Below are positions 59,390 to 64,000 of a DNA stretch of 64,000 nucleotides, piece after piece. The DNA lies in contig CAYJJI010000001.1 of NCBI GenBank assembly GCA_964370475.1, positions 50,363 through 114,362 of the forward strand, written 5' to 3'. The first letter of the stretch is position 1. Every line of letters starts with the position of its first letter. Origin of the DNA: an uncultured Muribaculaceae bacterium. GTDB lineage: Bacteria; Bacillota_I; Bacilli_A; RF39; UBA660. Position numbers and translations under genes: made by a program. The notes under the pieces are model-generated. The model saw only the letters and a program-made list of their open reading frames with translations, searched no databases and had not been told where the DNA came from.

Positions 59390-60269
59390 CTACTTTACTA
59401 ACAAATATCTCATTTAAGGAAGGTTCTTCTACCATGAATTTTGTAATATTATCAAACTTTTTAATAACATTAAAGATACTAGATACAAAACTATCATCTT
59501 CTATTTTAATAACATAGTCATCTCCAACTTTTAAAACACTTAAAACGCCTTTTAAACTCTCAAGTTTTAAAACATCTATATCACCATTAACAACAATATT
59601 CTTTTTACGATATTGTTTTTTAATATCTTTAATACTTCCACTAAGAACACTCTTACCCTTTAATAAAACAACTAACTTCTCACAAAAAAGTTCAACATGT
59701 TCCATTCTATGAGAAGAAAATATTATCATGCTTCCCTTATTCTTATACTCGTTAATAATATCCATAAACAAATCCACATTTATTGGATCCAATCCACTAA
59801 AAGGTTCATCTAAAATCAATAACTTTGGTTCATTTATAATCGCAGTTATAAACTGAATTTTCTGTTGATTTCCCTTACTTAATTCTTTTATTTTTCTATC
59901 TTTATATTCAGGTATTTTAAATTTAACTAACAAATCATCTAGTTTCTCTAAAATCTCTTTTTCACTTAATCCTTTTAAAACTCCATAATATATCACTTGT
60001 TCCTTAACCGTTAACTTAGTTAATAAACTTCTCTCCTCAGTCAAAAAACCAATTTGATCTGTAACAGAATAATCTATATCTTTCCCATTTAAAGTAATAG
60101 TACCACTACTCTTATCTAAAAGTCCCATAATCATTCTAAACGTTGTAGTTTTACCTGCACCATTAACACCCAGCAAACCAAATATTTCACCAGGAGAAAC
60201 TTTAAAAGATAAATCATCAACAGCTAAAAAATCACCATAGTACTTACTAACATTTTCAATCTTTAACAT
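59370..60269 (-). CDS. ABC transporter ATP-binding protein
   Basis: Walker A GVNGAGKTT, signature LSKGNQQK, Walker B LLILDEPFSGLD. Confidence 0.8.
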   Translation of the reverse strand: MLKIENVSKYYGDFLAVDDLSFKVSPGEIFGLLGVNGAGKTTTFRMIMGLLDKSSGTITLNGKDIDYSVTDQIGFLTEERSLLTKLTVKEQVIYYGVLKGLSEKEILEKLDDLLVKFKIPEYKDRKIKELSKGNQQKIQFITAIINEPKLLILDEPFSGLDPINVDLFMDIINEYKNKGSMIIFSSHRMEHVELFCEKLVVLLKGKSVLSGSIKDIKKQYRKKNIVVNGDIDVLKLESLKGVLSVLKVGDDYVIKIEDDSFVSSIFNVIKKFDNITKFMVEEPSLNEIFVSKVGESYEK

Positions 60270-60334
60270 CTAATCCTCCTAATAATAATTATAACACGAT
60301 TATTTTATTAAATAAACACATTATCTTAAGCAAA

Positions 60335-60360
60335 GAAAAAATACAATTTAAATTGTATTT
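60335..60360 (-). terminator. Rho-independent terminator of the cyclophilin gene (aaatacaatt-ta-aattgtattt)
   Basis: 10-bp palindromic stem overlapping the stop codon, then a T-run on the minus strand. Confidence 0.45.
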
Positions 60361-60952
60361 ATTTAATATTCACAAAATATACTTCCTTAATAACTGGTGC
60401 TTCAACAGGAGTTTCACTACCTTCTACTACATCTAAACTTGCTATATCATCTACTACATCTATACCAGCAATAACTTCTCCAAAAGCTGCATATAAATCA
60501 TCAAGATTAGTAGCATTTTCTAAACAAATAAAGAATTGTGATGAAGCAGAATTCATATCAGCACTTCTTGCCATAGATAAAATACCTTTAGTATGACTAA
60601 TTTCTCTCTCTATTCCATCATTACGATAAAATTCTCCAACAATAGTATTTTCACTACCACCAGAACCATCTCCATTAGGATCTCCACCTTGAATTACAAA
60701 TTCCTCAACAACTCTATGAATAGTTAATCCATCATAAAAATCTAAATCAACTAACTTTTGAAAATTTTCAACAGTTAACGGAGCTATTTCAGGATAAAGT
60801 TCAATTATAATAGACCCATAGTCCTCAAATTCCATCTTCACAAAATTAGTTATTTCACTAGTTTCTTCATAAGTAATATCATCAACTTTATTTTGTGAAA
60901 CACATCCACTCAAAGTTAACATACCTAAAACTAATAATATTATTTTTTTCAT
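60359..60952 (-). CDS. Cyclophilin-type peptidyl-prolyl cis-trans isomerase lipoprotein
   Basis: Lipobox LTLSGC. Cyclophilin core (HRVVEEFVIQGGDP, FFI). Confidence 0.8.
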   Translation of the reverse strand: MKKIILLVLGMLTLSGCVSQNKVDDITYEETSEITNFVKMEFEDYGSIIIELYPEIAPLTVENFQKLVDLDFYDGLTIHRVVEEFVIQGGDPNGDGSGGSENTIVGEFYRNDGIEREISHTKGILSMARSADMNSASSQFFICLENATNLDDLYAAFGEVIAGIDVVDDIASLDVVEGSETPVEAPVIKEVYFVNIK

Positions 60953-61053
60953 ATATACTCTCTTCCCTATGTGATTAATTCTACCACTTAAGTAATTGTA
61001 CCAAATATTTAAAAAAAATCAAAGAAATATTTAAATTTGTCAAAATTTACCTA

Positions 61054-61101
61054 TTACAAATAACAATTTATTTGCTATAATTGTATTGAACAAACGTTTG
61101 G
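61054..61101 (+). promoter_or_regulatory. Promoter (-35 TTACAA, 16 bp spacer, -10 TATAAT) with a Gram-positive LexA (Cheo) box GAACAAACGTTT immediately downstream
   Basis: TGAACAAACGTTTG (61087-61100) compared with consensus CGAACRNRYGTTCG. The box sits between the -10 and the GGAGG ribosome-binding site of dinB. Confidence 0.5.
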
Positions 61102-61108
61102 AGGTATT

Positions 61109-62353
61109 ATGAGAAATATATTATGTATTGATTTAAAAAGCTTCTTCGCATCATGCGAATGCTTAGATAAATTTCTAGACCCATTTACAACTCCATTAGT
61201 AGTAGCAAACGAAAAACAAGGTAATGGAGCTATAACTCTAGCTATAACTCCTTATTTAAAAAATCAAGGAATAAAATCAAGATCAAGACTATATGAAATA
61301 CCAAAACACATTAAATATATTATAGCTCCTCCAAGAATGAGCTTATATGCAAAAAAAAGCTCAGAAGTAATTGGTGTATATTTAGATTTTATAGCTAAAG
61401 AAGACATTCATGTTTACTCCATCGATGAAGCCTTCCTAGATGTAACAGAATACTTAAAAATGTATAAAATGACAGATTACCAATTAGCAGAAACAATATT
61501 AAAAACAATCACAAAAAAGACCGGATTAACTGCCACTTGCGGAATAGGACCAAACTTAGTACTAGCAAAAATAGCTCTAGATACAGACGCTAAAAAATAC
61601 AAAAACGGAATCACTAAATGGGAACAAAAAGATATAAAAGAAAAATTATGGCCAATAACCCCTTTATCTAAAATATGGGGTATAGGACCAAAAACAGAAA
61701 AAAAACTAAACCAAATAGGAATTTATAAAGTAAAAGACCTTGCATTATACGATAAAAATAAACTAAAACAAAAATTTGGTGTTATAGGAATTCAATTATG
61801 GGAACATGCCAACGGTATAGATGAATCACGAATCAAAGACATGAAAACAATCCCAAAAGAACAATCAATAAGTCATAGCCAAGTATTACTAACAGATTAC
61901 AATATAAATAATGCCAGATTAATAGTTGAAGAAATGTGCGATGTTCTAGTAGCTCGTTTAAGAACCTCAAAACAACTAGGTTGTTTAATTGGTTTTGGCC
62001 TATCATATTCAATGAATATCGGCGGTGGTTTTAATCATCACATAAAACTAGATAATCCAACTGATGATTTAGAAACATTCAAAAATTTAGCTCTAAACTT
62101 ATATGATCAATATACAAAAGACTTACCAATTAGAAAAATAAATCTAAGTATCGGAAGATTATCAAAAAAGGATTCACTACAACTAAATATTTTTGAACCA
62201 TCAAAAAAAGTAGAAGAAAAAGAAAAATTATTAAAAACCGTTGATGACATAAAAATAAAATACGGAAAAAATAGTATCTTAAATGCAACTGCACTACTAA
62301 AAGATTCTACAATTAAAGAAAGAAACAAAAAAATAGGAGGACATAATTCATGA
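61109..62353 (+). CDS. dinB: Y-family DNA polymerase (Pol IV / UvrX-like)
   Basis: ILCIDLKSFFASCE N-terminus (ImpB/MucB/SamB family), SIDEAFLDVT. 414 aa. Confidence 0.8.
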   Translation: MRNILCIDLKSFFASCECLDKFLDPFTTPLVVANEKQGNGAITLAITPYLKNQGIKSRSRLYEIPKHIKYIIAPPRMSLYAKKSSEVIGVYLDFIAKEDIHVYSIDEAFLDVTEYLKMYKMTDYQLAETILKTITKKTGLTATCGIGPNLVLAKIALDTDAKKYKNGITKWEQKDIKEKLWPITPLSKIWGIGPKTEKKLNQIGIYKVKDLALYDKNKLKQKFGVIGIQLWEHANGIDESRIKDMKTIPKEQSISHSQVLLTDYNINNARLIVEEMCDVLVARLRTSKQLGCLIGFGLSYSMNIGGGFNHHIKLDNPTDDLETFKNLALNLYDQYTKDLPIRKINLSIGRLSKKDSLQLNIFEPSKKVEEKEKLLKTVDDIKIKYGKNSILNATALLKDSTIKERNKKIGGHNS

Positions 62354-62643
62354 AATGGAGATCATTCGACGCCGTAATTCCTAGTGAAGAAACACTCATC
62401 AACGAAGCAATAAAAAAGACAAGAAAAAAAATGCCCAACTTAAGTGAAGAACAAATACAAACAATCGAAAACAATATAACAAACGCTCTAGCAACATCTA
62501 CACCCATAAATATAATATATTATTATAATCAAGAATACTTTAAAATAAAATGTAAAATCAAAAAAATAGATTCTATCACAAAAAAAATAACTCTACACAA
62601 TGATACAGTTATTTACTTTAAACAAATTATCGAGGTAAACTAA
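62350..62643 (+). CDS. YolD-like protein (accessory partner of Gram-positive Y-family polymerases)
   Basis: MKWRSFDAVIPSEE N-terminus resembles the YolD family. The ATG overlaps the dinB TGA (ATGA), suggesting translational coupling. Confidence 0.5.
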   Translation: MKWRSFDAVIPSEETLINEAIKKTRKKMPNLSEEQIQTIENNITNALATSTPINIIYYYNQEYFKIKCKIKKIDSITKKITLHNDTVIYFKQIIEVN

Positions 62644-63367
62644 ATAAACCTCTTTTTTTTATCTCATATTTTATCGGAACCACTTCTTCATTATTTAATA
62701 TCTTAGAAGGATTCAAAACCGTTAAAACGTTAATAGCCTCAGAAGACAAAACATTTTTAAGATCATTATAATATTTATAAGTATTATGAGTTCTCCTATG
62801 ACAATCACTACCTAATAGTTGAATATAACACCCATCAATAAGCTTATACATAGTCTTCTTAACATTATTACCATAATACCCAAATAAACTTCCAACATTT
62901 CCTTGAAATATAACACCCATTTCAATCAAAGGATCAAGATAATGAATATCACTTTGAACGTATTCGTATCTCTCTGGATGAGCAATAACTACTTTAATAC
63001 CTTTAACATTTAAATTAAAGATAATCTCTGTTAAATTATTAATCTTATTTCTAACAGGTAATTCCATTAATAAATACTTAGTACTTAAAAAACTAAGTTC
63101 CTCATAGTCCAAACCTTCATCTAAATATACTTCATTAGCTAAATGTAAATTAATATTTAAATCACTTACATAAGCTTTCAATTGATTAAACTTAATAGTT
63201 CTTTCAGTTAATTTCACATCATAAATACTATCTTTTATAAAATGAGGAGTAACAAAGATATCAGTAATACCAGCATTTATAGCATTAATTACAATATCTC
63301 TACTCTCTTCAATAGAAGTTGAACCATCATCAATATTATGAAGTACATGAGAATGTAAATCAATCAT
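62627..63367 (-). CDS. cpsB: PHP-family protein-tyrosine phosphatase (CpsB/YwqE-like)
   Basis: MIDLHSHVLHNIDDGS metal-binding N-terminus. 246 aa. Confidence 0.75.
   Translation of the reverse strand: MIDLHSHVLHNIDDGSTSIEESRDIVINAINAGITDIFVTPHFIKDSIYDVKLTERTIKFNQLKAYVSDLNINLHLANEVYLDEGLDYEELSFLSTKYLLMELPVRNKINNLTEIIFNLNVKGIKVVIAHPERYEYVQSDIHYLDPLIEMGVIFQGNVGSLFGYYGNNVKKTMYKLIDGCYIQLLGSDCHRRTHNTYKYYNDLKNVLSSEAINVLTVLNPSKILNNEEVVPIKYEIKKRGLFSLPR
62633..62660 (+). terminator. Rho-independent terminator of dinB-yolD (gaggt-aaactaaataa-acctc plus T8)
   Basis: Includes the yolD stop codon. Lies over the convergent 3' end of cpsB. Confidence 0.5.
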
Positions 63368-64000
63368 TTATATAATAGTTGTTATAATACTTACTTTTTA
63401 AAGAAGGTACTTTATTAACAACCACTCCTACTATTTTATCATTATAACTTTCAAGTGATTTTTTTGTTTTAATTAATAAATCACTTGGTGTTTGTTTCAA
63501 AGCACAAACAATAACTATCTTATCTACTTTATCAGCAAGTATTAAAGAATCACTAAGTCCATTAATAGGAACACCATCAAGAATTATTAAGTCAAATTCC
63601 TTTTTAAAAATATTAAGTAAATCAGAAAATCTCTGAGTAGATAACATTTCACTAGGATTTGGAGGAACCAAACCTGAAGTTAATAAATATAAATTATTTA
63701 CTTTAGTTTTATGAATAAAATATCTCTCATAATTCATTCCTAATCTAAAACTCTCAATAGCTTGATCTCTATTAACAATTAAATTAGATAAACCAATATC
63801 TTTCTTAACTCCAAAAATTAAATCTTGACGTCCTCTTCTTAAATCACAATCAACCAACAAAACTTTCTTGCCTACACTAGCAAAAGTAGCAGATAAGTTA
63901 GCAGAAATAAAACTCTTCCCCTCGCCACTTATAGAACTAGTAATTAAAATAGTTTTAATTTCCTTATCAACTTCACTAAATTGAATATTAGTTCTTAAAG
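63360..64000 (-). CDS. cpsD: BY-kinase cytoplasmic ATPase (CpsD/YwqD-like), 5'-truncated at the window edge
   Basis: The frame continues upstream of the ORF-track start with Walker A ILITSSISGEGKSFISANLS (rc of 63900-63960), followed by VLLVDCDLRRG. Confidence 0.7.
   Translation of the reverse strand, partial: LRTNIQFSEVDKEIKTILITSSISGEGKSFISANLSATFASVGKKVLLVDCDLRRGRQDLIFGVKKDIGLSNLIVNRDQAIESFRLGMNYERYFIHKTKVNNLYLLTSGLVPPNPSEMLSTQRFSDLLNIFKKEFDLIILDGVPINGLSDSLILADKVDKIVIVCALKQTPSDLLIKTKKSLESYNDKIVGVVVNKVPSLKSKYYNNYYIND

Noticed and set aside
1-64000. tRNA, rRNA or CRISPR arrays
   Set aside because: No T-arm GGTTCGAATCC-like motifs, no rRNA-like GC-rich blocks and no regularly spaced direct repeats with unique spacers were seen. 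The only tandem repeats are in-frame LRR units at 29591-29830.

Overview
This is a 64 kb window of AT-rich DNA, roughly 27% GC by eye, read with the standard genetic code. Coding density is high and almost every gene is on the minus strand. The gene content is that of a Firmicute endospore-former (Clostridia-like), possibly with a reduced genome. The conserved backbone follows Bacillus-type synteny. Minus-strand gene order, from high to low coordinates, is: BY-kinase/phosphatase (cpsD/cpsB), cyclophilin, an ABC transporter, cell-wall hydrolases, radC-mreC-mreD-spoIVFA'-spoIVFB-rplU-prp-rpmA-obg, a Tad-like pilus/secretion ATPase cluster, ruvAB-mtaB-recD2, alaS, dnaG-sigA-trmK, the yrzL-ruvX-yrzB-mltG-yrrM-U32-U32-greA-tig block, cdd-pdp, lon, spoVID-ysxE and sepF-divIVA. 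A partial sporulation sigma factor and a LexA-box-preceded dinB-yolD pair lie on the plus strand. The most unusual content is a family of four modular, signal-peptide-bearing paralogs, plus one decayed 3' fragment, inserted between these conserved blocks. They share an unknown N-terminal module, a conserved linker, and a C-terminal formylglycine-generating-enzyme (FGE/SUMF1)-like domain. In one copy the FGE-like domain is replaced by BspA-type leucine-rich repeats encoded by 66-bp tandem DNA repeats. These paralogs are physically interleaved with type IV pilus genes: a 511-aa prepilin-type protein flanked by identical hairpin repeats, and a pilC-pilD pair. No cognate ATPase for those pilus genes is visible in the window. 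The separate Tad-like ATPase cluster conversely lacks a pilin and a peptidase. No tRNA, rRNA or CRISPR was found. Coordinates of small features (hairpins, promoters) are approximate to within about 2 nt.
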